A stretch of 63,418 nucleotides of DNA, the filler included, from Aduncisulcus paluster (taxonomy: Eukaryota): NCBI GenBank assembly GCA_024181965.1. It is 12 parts of 12 records of this genome, joined end to end, with 100 filler letters (N's around TTAATTAATTAA, not from the genome) between each part and the next. Parts side by side here need not be neighbours in the genome. Positions count along the whole stretch, not along the records: positions 1 to 23,258 come from BQXS01000484.1; 11 more parts are not named here. One strand, given 5' to 3'. The translations under genes and the position numbers were made by a program. Of this stretch, positions 1 to 10,254 are shown piece after piece. The notes below the pieces were generated by a model. It ran no database searches, had not been told where the DNA came from, and saw only the letters and a program-made list of their open reading frames with translations. Position 1 is the first letter of the stretch, and each line of letters starts with the position of its first letter.

Positions 1-2
1 GC

Positions 3-179
3 TTTATAGCTGGAATACCCTGTGTAACCGGGAAATGCTCATGTTTTAAGAAGTGCAAACAAAAGGAGACTAAGGCGCTGCCCTTGCCAAATTGGGTTGA
101 ATATCTGGAATCTATGAAAATAGAAAAACCTGAAATTATGAAAAGAACTTCTCAAAGATCCCAACGCTCCCAAAAATAA
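3..179 (+). CDS. 3' end of a coding region with a Cys-rich CxxxxCxC motif (possibly a transposase C-terminus)
   Basis: Frame 3 is open from the window edge: FIAGIPCVTGKCSCFKKCKQK...SQRSQK, then TAA at 177-179. Confidence 0.35.
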   Translation, partial: FIAGIPCVTGKCSCFKKCKQKETKALPLPNWVEYLESMKIEKPEIMKRTSQRSQRSQK

Positions 180-441
180 AAAATGACAAATAAAATCTTC
201 ATTCATTTAATTTGAGCATAAAAGTCGCTTTAAATTTATAAAAGTAACCTTAAAAGCATTTTTTCACTATAATTATGAACTATCACTTTCAAAATGTGAC
301 AAAAAACTCCCAAATACTTCCAATGTCTGATATCAAATAGTTACAATGTTTCAAATGCTTAAATCGAGTTATAAACACACAAATTCTTTAAAATAATATC
401 ATAAATGTTTAATTTAATGACTATTTCTGGCTGGAACATTT

Positions 442-484
442 TGCCGGTATTTTAAATACCGGCACCTGCCGGTCCCGGTATTTT
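442..484. repeat. Palindrome plus repeated CCGGT(A) motifs
   Basis: TGCCGGTATTT-T-AAATACCGGCA (11-bp arms, 442-464) is followed by TGCCGGT and CCGGTATTTT in otherwise AT-rich DNA. Confidence 0.6.
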
Positions 485-944
485 CGTTTTATCCCAATTT
501 CGAAATTGGTGACCAATAAAGTTTATTGGTGGGATATTTCATTTATTGCCTTTTTATTTCGAAATTACCCCCCTATTCGGAATATCCCCTATTGGTACTA
601 GGATCGCAAGACAGAATTGTTCAAAATATAAAATACAAATTAGCTTTGTATTTTTATGGTAATCAAAATCAACAAAATAACCAAAACCAATTGTTACTCC
701 CTGAAAATGGGTTTACAAAGACAATTGATTGAAAAAAAAACAAATGTGATAAAAATAACAATAATAATAATAAAACAATGTGAGAAAAACACAATAAATT
801 AATTCAATGATACCAAAAAAAGGGTCAACGGGTCCCTAATCAATAAAAATTGAAACGGATTCAATACAAAAGTTTCGTCGAAATCATTTCAACATTATTA
901 TCATTATTGCCAATTAAAATATCAACATAATAATGTTATTAAAA

Positions 945-3900
945 TTATTTAAATATAATTTTGGAGTAAGAATATAAAAACGAATGAGAAGGGTCATGAA
1001 TAGCCCTTGGAAATTTCTCAACAACTCCACTTCTTGCTAAACTGTCATCACTCTCGCCAAAATGCTCATGGGGCCCAATTAGAGAAGGCTCGAGGAACAA
1101 TTCTTCCACGCTTGCAACCAATTTCGCCTCAATAATCCACAATATTGGTTTCTCATCGATGAATGATCCAGACACTCGAAACAATTCTCTCTGGATAGCT
1201 GAAACAGAATATGAAGTTGATAAGACACATCTTTTGCAGATTCCAGGCGCTGGATAATATGAAAAGGACCAACGGGCAGGGGCAACAGAGTTGGATAGCA
1301 AAAACAACAACGTTCTTTCTTCTTTCAAGAGAAGGGAGTGGAAAACANNNNNNNNNNNNNNNNNNNNTCCAGACACTCGAAACAATTCTCTCTGGATAGC
1401 TGAAACAGAATATGAAGTTGATAAGACACATCTTTTGCAGATTCCAGGCGCTGGATAATATGAAAAGGACCAACGGGCAGGGGCAACAGAGTTGGATAGC
1501 AAAAACAACAACGTTCTTTCTTCTTTCAAGAGAAGGGAGTGGAAAACAGGATGAGGGAAAACATGCCCTTGAAAATGGGCAAAAATGAGTGCCTCTGTTC
1601 GTTTTGAAGGGAAATAGAACCAATTGAGAAGATTATTCATTGTTAGGTAGAAACTAGAAGATAACCCACACTCTTTTCTCACCAATGGGGTTTCTTCACG
1701 AATTCTCCTGCTTAATTCCATAACAATATCAATGACCATTAGATGAGATCTAATGACGAGTGGATGTGACAGTAAAAATATCAAAGAAAATGTAGAAGCA
1801 AACTTAACCGCAGCTTGTCCACTTGGTTTCTTCCCTTTCATTTTCAAAGATCTTCCAGGATTCAAAGAATATCCTCCTCCTCTCTCTTTCTGGGTGGAAC
1901 TACTTCCTCGACAAGGGGCATGGAATATATGTAATTGGAGCCCCGATTTGCTTGATATGATACCATATATGCCCTCAGACCTGATCATCGGGACTAACAT
2001 ATAATCATCGTCGTGTATGAATTCAAGACAATTGGGCAAAAGTACATTGAACTGATGACAAGAATTTGTGGAAAGATTGAGAACTTCCACTCGAACCGAA
2101 GAAATGGAACACAACGAGTGCATAATTATGAATGGTTTGCTGACACACATTCGTATCCTATTATGTTGAGATGGTGAAGACAAGAAGGGACATCCCAGGT
2201 GGCAAGTGGATATGCTAAGAGATCGGGGAGGTAACGAGGAATAAATGTAATTCTTTCCCATTTTCTTCCTTTTCCTTTTCACAATTTTTGAATGGTGTGT
2301 TTCGACAAAAAAGGGTACTTTCTCGGCAGATTTTAGACGTAAAACAATATATTCCTGTGAATCGCTTGAAATCATGGATAAATAATTTCCACAGGGCGAA
2401 AACGTTGGAATTATCCAATTCTTGAATGATTTTATAATGTCTTTCTTTCTTAAGTTTAAAATATGAGTTGTGAACATGCATTTCTTGCATGAACTCTGAG
2501 ATGCTGAAGAAGACGATGGCTTTGACTTCCTATCACGTGAGTGAATGGGAGTACAGCAACATACAGCAATCACATCTCTCCTTGCACTGATAACAGGCTC
2601 ACAAACGATACCGCCAATGACAACGCTCCATAGCCTTTGTGCAGCTACTCCATCGTCACTCTTGTATAGGGCTATTGTGCCCTCACGGACCTTATTATCA
2701 GAGAAGCAGGTGCAGATCAGACCTGAGTGGGATACGAGGATATGCGAGAGAAATTCATTGGTTAAGCTTGGGGATGAATGATTGATCTTCATGAAGCAAG
2801 AAGGTGTTGCAGAGACAACGAAAGAACTCGACGGAGAAAAAAGAGAATCATGGAGGGACATGCTTGTCATTGAAGGCAGAGAAGAAGCGTGGGGAGGGGA
2901 AAGGGATTTATATTTATATTTAAACCCAGATTTGCCATATCCACTTTGGAGCTCACCCATTGAAGATGTCCTTTTGGCTGAGATAAGCTTAAGAGAGACA
3001 GGCTTAGGGGAGATTGACTTTGGAGAAAGACGAGAACAAGAAGAAGGAGAACGAGACAAACGATGAGAAATACCACTCGATGAACACATCCAAGACACGA
3101 CATAATTGAGATTATCAGAATTGGACAAATACAATGCAGTTAACGACGGAATATGATACAAATTAGAGCGGAAAGAGCTTCCTGTCCCATTTCTCTCTCC
3201 TTTGGAATAATCGAAGCCACACACAGTAACGGAAGACCCACAAGGAGAAGTAGAGACAAATATCTTACCTTTTTGAAGGACTTGGAAAGGGAAATATGGG
3301 GGAAGATTACGAGGTACTGTTCCCTCGCTTCTTTCTTCATCTGCGTCTCCAGCTACATCATCTGCAATTTCTTCCGAAGAACAATCAGCATCTATTGCAT
3401 CAGAAGGAACAATGGAGGACGATTGAATGACAGGTTTCCCTAGTGCATAAGGCGAAGGGTTGTTCCAAGTTGTACATATGTGGGATTGACGATCGAGAGC
3501 TGTGACAGAATACCCAGAGTCAAGGATATTGGCAAGAATAATTGAGGTTGTGTGAGAAGCAGAAGGTGAAGGAAAAGGAAGGAAAGGATACTGACTTGGT
3601 AAAGATTTAAGAGAAGGAGAGAGAGAAAGAGGGAATGGTTCATCGTGTTTCTGAAAACATAAATGTGAGTGACATTNNNNNNNNNNNNNNNNNNNNCGAA
3701 GAACAATCAGCATCTATTGCATCAGAAGGAACAATGGAGGACGATTGAATGAAAGGTTTCCCTAGTGCATAAGGCGAAGGGTTGTTCCAAGTTGTACATA
3801 TGTGGGATTGACGATCGAGAGCTGTGACAGAATACCCAGAGTCAAGGATATTGGCAAGAATAATTGAGGTTGTGTGAGAAGCAGAAGGTGAAGGAAAAGG

Positions 3901-5163
3901 AAGGAAAGGATACTGACTTGGTAAAGATTTAAGAGAAGGAGAGAGAGAAAGAGGGAATGGTTCATCGTGTTTCTGAAAACATAAATGTGAGTGACATTCG
4001 AAGGGACAATCACACAGAACATCACTATCAAGGAAAGGATGAGAAAATGACTTCCTAGAGGTAGTTCTAGAGTCCTGTGCGATTGGAGAAACAGCAGACA
4101 CAAGGATAGGGTGTGAAATTGGTATTCTAAGAAACTTCTCAGCACCTGTTGAAGGAACAAAAAAGGACAGATATCCCTCAATATCATTGAAATATATAAT
4201 ATTCTGCATGGTACACTGTATTTTATGACACTTTGAGTGACATAATCGTTTGGATAGGAGTGAGCGCTTTCTAATGGCCTTTCGCCAAGTTTTAGTATCT
4301 AATAGATCAAGTTGAGTGACGGAAACTCTTCCATGTAAGGCGAATGCTGTGTCAAAACGTACGAAAAACAACAGCGATCCGTCTGGAGAGAAAGATGGGC
4401 ATGATGACAGACTTTCGAAGACAATTGGAATACCATCAATGGAATTAATGAGAAAAAAATCGGATTCGCCCTTTCTTTGCCGAAAAGAAAAGGCTATTAC
4501 ATCCAAAGTTGGGTGTAAATAAGGAATAGAATCAAATTCACAGTCATGACCAGTTATCTGCATGAGTATTTGACCCTGGCGGTTAAGCAATACTCCTCCT
4601 TCAGAATATCCCAAAATAAAAATGTTATCTTCCCTAGTGATTTTGATGGAGTGGACCTCACCGAAGGTATTAAGACATTTCCGTTCTTTCGTCTTGGTAT
4701 TAAAGAGAATAAGTCGTGTGTTATATGCAAGATCATCACGTCTCATATCGGTAAAACCATATACAATTCCGGGCTCTCCATCGCATATGGAAGGGGAGCA
4801 AGAAATTGGAACGGTGGTGGAGCTCATGTCTAAAAGAGTACAAGTCTTTTTAAATATATCATAGAGACGGATTTCAAATTCTTTCTTGGGTACAAACACG
4901 CATGCTACAAATATATTTTCTTTCGCTGCCGAGAAGGAAATTCTAATCTCATCGGTTTCTACAAACTCGGATTGCTTTTTGAAATCACAAATAAAATACT
5001 TTTCAAGATTATCATAAACAATAAACTTGTATTTGAGCTTTTTTTGATTGATTTCTTTCTGAAATATTTGAAATCTCCCACAAGGGGAAATTGTCTCACA
5101 TTGTGTGGAATTAATCGTTTGATACTTATTTAGGTGTTTAGATTGATTGCTTTTGGGTCCCAT
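945..5163 (-). CDS. Large (~1200 aa) protein with WD40/TolB-like beta-propeller motifs; one gene split by two gap duplications
   Basis: ORFs 3640-5169 and 945-3713 share a duplicated overlap around the N gap at 3677-3696; a second duplication flanks 1348-1367. Motifs ISPCG, PSFSPDGS and PTFSPCG are present. Confidence 0.65.
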
Positions 5164-5380
5164 CAACAAGTATATAAAAATTTATAATTTTGAAAATAGT
5201 GATAGCAACAGAAAAACGACATTTTTTCTTGACGTAGTTGCATTGTCCTGCCGCGTACAGCAATCCAATGATGTTGAGATAAATTGAAGATTTGTATATA
5301 ATTTGATTTTTGTTTCCCCTATTTGAAAAGTTTTTTCGATTCCCATTTATTATATATACTAATTAGTAAAAATTTTATGT

Positions 5381-5453
5381 GCCTACCTAGCTCAGTCGGT
5401 AGAGCGTTCGGCTCTTAACCGAACGGTCGTGGGTTCGAGCCCCACGGTGGGCG
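5381..5453 (+). tRNA. tRNA-Lys (anticodon CTT), intronless
   Basis: Acceptor stem GCCTACC/GGTGGGC with discriminator G, D arm TAGCTCAGTCGGTAGAGC, anticodon arm TTCGG-CTCTTAA-CCGAA, T arm GTGGG-TTCGAGC-CCCAC. Confidence 0.97.
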
Positions 5454-5466
5454 ATTTATATATTTC

Positions 5467-5636
5467 TGTGGCAAATGCTAGCTCTTGGAGCTTGCGAGCC
5501 TTCCATAACTCGCATACGAGGCTTATACGAGGTCATTGGAGACCTGAAACAATAAATTGTAACACAGAAGACTCTTCGGAGGTTGGCTGAATCACAATTT
5601 CAAAGGGAATCTTCTATTGTTTAGGTTATTGCCATA
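5467..5636 (+). ncRNA. Candidate structured ncRNA of unknown class, immediately downstream of tRNA-Lys
   Basis: Nested helices 5467-74/5629-36, 5542-54/5615-26 and 5555-60/5594-99; a cUUCGg hairpin at 5572-81; hairpins at 5480-92 and 5493-5514; no ORF. Confidence 0.5.
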
Positions 5637-5769
5637 TGTGGTGCTCCTGTAGTAAATTCCTCTGTATTATCCTTATTTTAATACATTTTTACGATTAATT
5701 ATCAGATTAATCACATTGAAAACTTCGTTTGAAATGACCAAAAAAACAGAAGTTTCAAACATATTTGTC

Positions 5770-7833
5770 TCAACCATAAGCCTTTATTGATCTTGTCTTC
5801 TTCCTTTTCTCAACTTTGCCTAATTCTTTAATCAGTTTCTTTGGTCCGTGTTCAATGATATCACTCATGGTAAGAGATTGGGATTTGTCACTGCCGGATG
5901 GAGATCCAAATCTTTTTGGAGGATTCATACATCCTACAGGGGAGAAGAAAGAAGGTGACCCCAAAGGTGAAGATGCTAATCCACTCATAATACAATCGCT
6001 GTTCCTCTTTAGCGAGATGGATGAGGATATATCTCGCATTGAAGACAGAGTCTGTGAGAGAGCAGTGCTTCTCGGTGAGAGAGAAAGCAGAGGACTGGAT
6101 GATGTGAGCAGGGTTTCAGTGTGTAAAGATGAAAATATAAGGGAAGGAGGCGATTGTGAGAGAGAAATGGGAGGAGAGATGTCAGAACAATCGATATCCT
6201 TCATTCCTCTCGATGTGAGACTACACTCTTCACTCTCATCCTCACAGCTGTCATCACAATAGCACGGACATTCACTCACACTCACACATGCAGAAGAGGA
6301 CTCAAAGGAATATGACACACATCCTGGGGGGGCAGCCGTTGATGGCAGAATTACACGACCATTCTTACTCCTCTTTCTGCCCTTATTGTTGTTGACAACA
6401 CACATAGGAAGGAGAGTTGAAGGAGAACGGGAAGAATGTAAGGACCCGTTCCACACACATTGAAGACATTCACCAGGTTTAAGAGAAATCCTTCCTCGTG
6501 ATAGTAACCATGGTACGGAGGAAGGAGATTTCTGAGGAGAACAAGAGCCTTGATCCACAGAAGAAGCATCGATTCTTCGCTTTTTATCTTCGATTTTACC
6601 AAGAACTCTTCGAGACACTTCATGGAGATGGTAAAAACACCCATAACTGCTTTGAGATGGTCCCAAATATTCAACAATAACATCACATGAAAGTTCATTT
6701 CTAAACGTGTACGAGAATACATGCTTGTGGTTGCTCTGAACACTTTCTTGTCTCCCACTCTGAGTACGGCCATATTCCTTCGTGTCGTCTCTCAGCTTTT
6801 TTGGACGTATGACTGTTCCCTTCACAACATCGTTGATCTGGGCTCGCATGCTACCAGGGCAAGATATACATATTTGGGCACTGTCGGCCATACTCTGGGA
6901 GACGGCAATGGATAGAGGGACATGGACAGGCTGGAATGGGAAGGGAGAGAGTTCAACATAGGAACAGTCAGCTTTCTTCTGGGTCTCAGTACAACTTGTA
7001 CTGGAGCTTGAAGCTCCAATGGGACTAAACCTACGCTTTCCAGAGAAGGAAGGAGAGGAAGAATGTGAGGACTTAGGAACAATTCGGCTCACAAATACAT
7101 TAGTTCTTTCACTTTTAGAGGATACAAGCTCGAGATGCCCAGATTTCTTCCACCAGTGATCGATAGCCTTCTGTTTGGAGTCAACGTGACCGAGATAGAC
7201 AGCATAAAATGGTTTCTCGCCGGCTTCAGGATCATATTCATAGCTTATTTCACTATTTAGAGCACTTACACTGAGTTTAAGATCAAGAATTCCTCTTGAT
7301 AATAGGTCACGACCAATGGCCATGCCACAAGTGTCCCACATTGAAGAAAAGAGGGAGAAAGAGGAAGAAGCAAAGACACTCAATGGTCTTCCGCGTTTTT
7401 TATGCTTTCGTTCACGTTCCTCATGTGAACTGGCCCCACTCATAGCAGAGGAAATTCCAATGATTTTGATGTGTGTTTCATAAGGCCCAATATGTGAAAC
7501 CGTATGATAAAGATTATGTTCAAGGAAAGAACGAGCGGAAGGAATAGAAATCCTAACATTGTGAAGAACACTGCCCATTGGATTATGAACACATACTAGA
7601 ACATGCCTTGGATTCGCTGGGTTGATAAGGATGAAGGAACTAACCTCATGGGGATGGACCCGATATTGTTTTTCAAGGAATAATCGAAGAGATGGAAGAG
7701 AAGAATAGAGGAGAAGGGTGTCAATATCTGACTCAATGGCTTCCTTCTGAATTCGAGACACATGGAAGGAATTGGCACTTTGAGATCGTGGTTTCCCGTG
7801 TTTATGACTCAGGGGGTCTTTTGGTTTGGACAT
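5770..7833 (-). CDS. Hypothetical Ser-rich protein (687 aa)
   Basis: Long uninterrupted ORF with an ATG start; no family recognised. Confidence 0.75.
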   Translation of the reverse strand: MSKPKDPLSHKHGKPRSQSANSFHVSRIQKEAIESDIDTLLLYSSLPSLRLFLEKQYRVHPHEVSSFILINPANPRHVLVCVHNPMGSVLHNVRISIPSARSFLEHNLYHTVSHIGPYETHIKIIGISSAMSGASSHEERERKHKKRGRPLSVFASSSFSLFSSMWDTCGMAIGRDLLSRGILDLKLSVSALNSEISYEYDPEAGEKPFYAVYLGHVDSKQKAIDHWWKKSGHLELVSSKSERTNVFVSRIVPKSSHSSSPSFSGKRRFSPIGASSSSTSCTETQKKADCSYVELSPFPFQPVHVPLSIAVSQSMADSAQICISCPGSMRAQINDVVKGTVIRPKKLRDDTKEYGRTQSGRQESVQSNHKHVFSYTFRNELSCDVIVEYLGPSQSSYGCFYHLHEVSRRVLGKIEDKKRRIDASSVDQGSCSPQKSPSSVPWLLSRGRISLKPGECLQCVWNGSLHSSRSPSTLLPMCVVNNNKGRKRSKNGRVILPSTAAPPGCVSYSFESSSACVSVSECPCYCDDSCEDESEECSLTSRGMKDIDCSDISPPISLSQSPPSLIFSSLHTETLLTSSSPLLSLSPRSTALSQTLSSMRDISSSISLKRNSDCIMSGLASSPLGSPSFFSPVGCMNPPKRFGSPSGSDKSQSLTMSDIIEHGPKKLIKELGKVEKRKKTRSIKAYG

Positions 7834-8550
7834 TTATACACTCAATGTTTGAAAATAAAATCACAAATTTGGAGAGGAGGGAAAATTCAAAATAGAGAAT
7901 AGCGAAATATATCAATACAAATAAAAAGAATAGAGATGAAACTCACAAGTTAATCAAAATAGACTGAAAAATTTGTACAAATCTTTGGAAGATTTAATGA
8001 CAGAATGTATTGAAAAAAAGTCTGATGAAATATGAATCTAAAATTATTTCAAACAAATTAGTTTCAGAGAAATTATTTCTAAGAACAAAATAACTAAACC
8101 ATTTGATGGAGTATCTGATTAACAATGCTGGAAGAGTTTGCTCGAACAACTATGGCTTGAACTCTTTTATGAGAGTAAAGGATTCCATTTTTGATCAATC
8201 AATTTAGCTGACATATCAAAAATAATAAAATTGTGTTAATCTATCTAGTCATTACAAGACAATCGAAAATCGAAAATCTAACTCCGACAAATAAGGATAA
8301 TAAAGCCTGCATAATAATAATCGGATTATTTGGTGATTGTATATATATTTTCTCTTTAATTTTTGAAAATGATTGTTGTTCGACACTTTCTCAACCTATT
8401 CATGATCAGGATCGGATTGTTTGATCAGCGCTACCCACTCTTTTCTTCGTATTTTCGAAAATGGAGACTTTACAATGACTTTTTTTTAACCACTTTTTAC
8501 TTATCGGGTATTAACCTCTGAAATTATTATAAAAAACCAGTATTACTCCA

Positions 8551-10116
8551 ATGTCTAACGAAAATGATTTCTACGTCTCTTTTGAGACTTCTCCTTTTGA
8601 TTTCACAACTTCTCAGTTGTATTCTTCTGCAACAGCCTCTTCTGATGAGTTTGCTTCCGGATTTAGCACTCCTTCTTTCTATGCTACTCAATCCACTTCT
8701 ACTCCTCTCTCCCAAAAGAGTACTGTGACCAGTTCCCAATATTCTGATGCTCATTCAACTCCTGAATTTGTCAGTCCTTTCCCTGCCATGTCCCCCGAGG
8801 AATTTTCTCAATGTGTGTCCTCTGTTCATCATGCTGTCCAAGAGGGTAAGAGTCTCTCTCGTACCTGGACCGCCATTGAGAATGCTCGCACTGTTGCCGA
8901 GCAACATGATCTTGACACAGAAAGAGAGATGGAGCACTCTTCTCCCCTACAATTCGGTGTTGTGGGCCCTTCCATGGGTTCTACTTTATTGTCCACTTTT
9001 GGAACTGGTCCTCTCCTTAAGGAGGAGGAAGCCACTTCTTTCTCCTACCCCAATGGTATGCCTCTTCCCCCTGCTTTTGGAATGCCNNNNNNNNNNNNNN
9101 NNNNNNCATATCTTGACACAGAAAGAGAGATGGAGCACTCTTCTCCCCTACAATTCGGTGTTGTGGGCCCTTCCATGGGTTCTACTTTATTGTCCACTTT
9201 TGGAACTGGTCCTCTCCTTAAGGAGGAGGAAGCCACTTCTTTCTCCTACCCCAATGGTATGCCTCTTCCCCCTGCTTTTGGAATGCCCCACTCTTCCCAA
9301 ACTCTTTCTCCAGCTTTTGCTTCAAGCGATGAGTTTGTTGATCCTTTTTGTGTGGAAGCTCAAGCTGCTGATGATCTCCACTATCCCACTTCAGATGGAG
9401 CTTCTTTTGAGTTGGTCTCTCCTTCCTTCTCTCCTGACTTTTCCCACATGTATTTGAGCAGTGGTTCCCGGAGTCACACTCACAGAACTGCTCACAGAGA
9501 ACTTTCTCCCAGTTTTGCCTCTGCTTCTCACGAGTATTCCCGTAATCCCGCCGCAGCGAGTGGAAATTTATGTGATATCCCCCTCCCCTGTTTTCATTCT
9601 GGTCTTGTAAGTGCCGAGGATGCTCACAGATGTATGTTCGAGCACTACCGTAAGACCTGTTCCTCTAGAAAGGGCTCTCGGTCGCTTGGCGGCCAAGACC
9701 ATCGTCAACAACGGGGCCGTGTGATGCGTGGTATATCTCATCAATCTTCTTCACCCAAGTCTTCCGCTGCTGGTCGTTGTCCTCGCGTACCTTCCAACAG
9801 GAACTTCCGTCCAAAGGGTTACTCTTATTCGACCACTGAGAACTCGTATCTTGTGGCTGTGAACCACGTGTTTGATACCCGTTCGTTGACAGAACCTCAA
9901 CTATGCCAAATAGCTTTCGCTTGTCTTGACAAAGAGAAGCTCAGTGAGAAGTTTGGTGCTGACAAGAAGCGCATATCTGTGTCCATGCGTGCTAAGTTCC
10001 GCAACTTACGCAACCGCGATGGAAAGAAGAAGAAAAAGGTTTCTGAATCGGAAGATTTTCATAAGGTATGTTCCCATGTGGAAACTCTTCTTGATGGCGT
10101 GTTACAGAAGAAATGA
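8551..10116 (+). CDS. Ser-rich protein with a C-terminal Myb/SANT(telobox)-like segment; ~454 aa once the gap duplication is removed
   Basis: Long ORF with about 200 bp duplicated around N 9087-9106. YSTTENSYLV...RISVSMRAKFRNLR resembles Myb helices 1 and 3. Confidence 0.7.
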   Translation: MSNENDFYVSFETSPFDFTTSQLYSSATASSDEFASGFSTPSFYATQSTSTPLSQKSTVTSSQYSDAHSTPEFVSPFPAMSPEEFSQCVSSVHHAVQEGKSLSRTWTAIENARTVAEQHDLDTEREMEHSSPLQFGVVGPSMGSTLLSTFGTGPLLKEEEATSFSYPNGMPLPPAFGMXXXXXXXXYLDTEREMEHSSPLQFGVVGPSMGSTLLSTFGTGPLLKEEEATSFSYPNGMPLPPAFGMPHSSQTLSPAFASSDEFVDPFCVEAQAADDLHYPTSDGASFELVSPSFSPDFSHMYLSSGSRSHTHRTAHRELSPSFASASHEYSRNPAAASGNLCDIPLPCFHSGLVSAEDAHRCMFEHYRKTCSSRKGSRSLGGQDHRQQRGRVMRGISHQSSSPKSSAAGRCPRVPSNRNFRPKGYSYSTTENSYLVAVNHVFDTRSLTEPQLCQIAFACLDKEKLSEKFGADKKRISVSMRAKFRNLRNRDGKKKKKVSESEDFHKVCSHVETLLDGVLQKK

Positions 10117-10254
10117 CACAAGAAATTGTGTAATTAATAAATTAGGATGAATTTTTTTTTTTGTTGAGTTATGGTTTTTTTATGATGAGCAGTTTTTGGC
10201 CAGATAGAACAATTGTTTCTTTCGAAATCGAGTTTTGAGAGGGAGTCTGGGGAA

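Noticed and set aside
5638-5656. TGTAGTA (U2 branch-pairing-like) and GTGGTGCTCCTGTAGT (SRP Alu-like) motifs
   Set aside because: The required flanking U2 or SRP structures are absent, and the position is at the 3' end of the candidate RNA.
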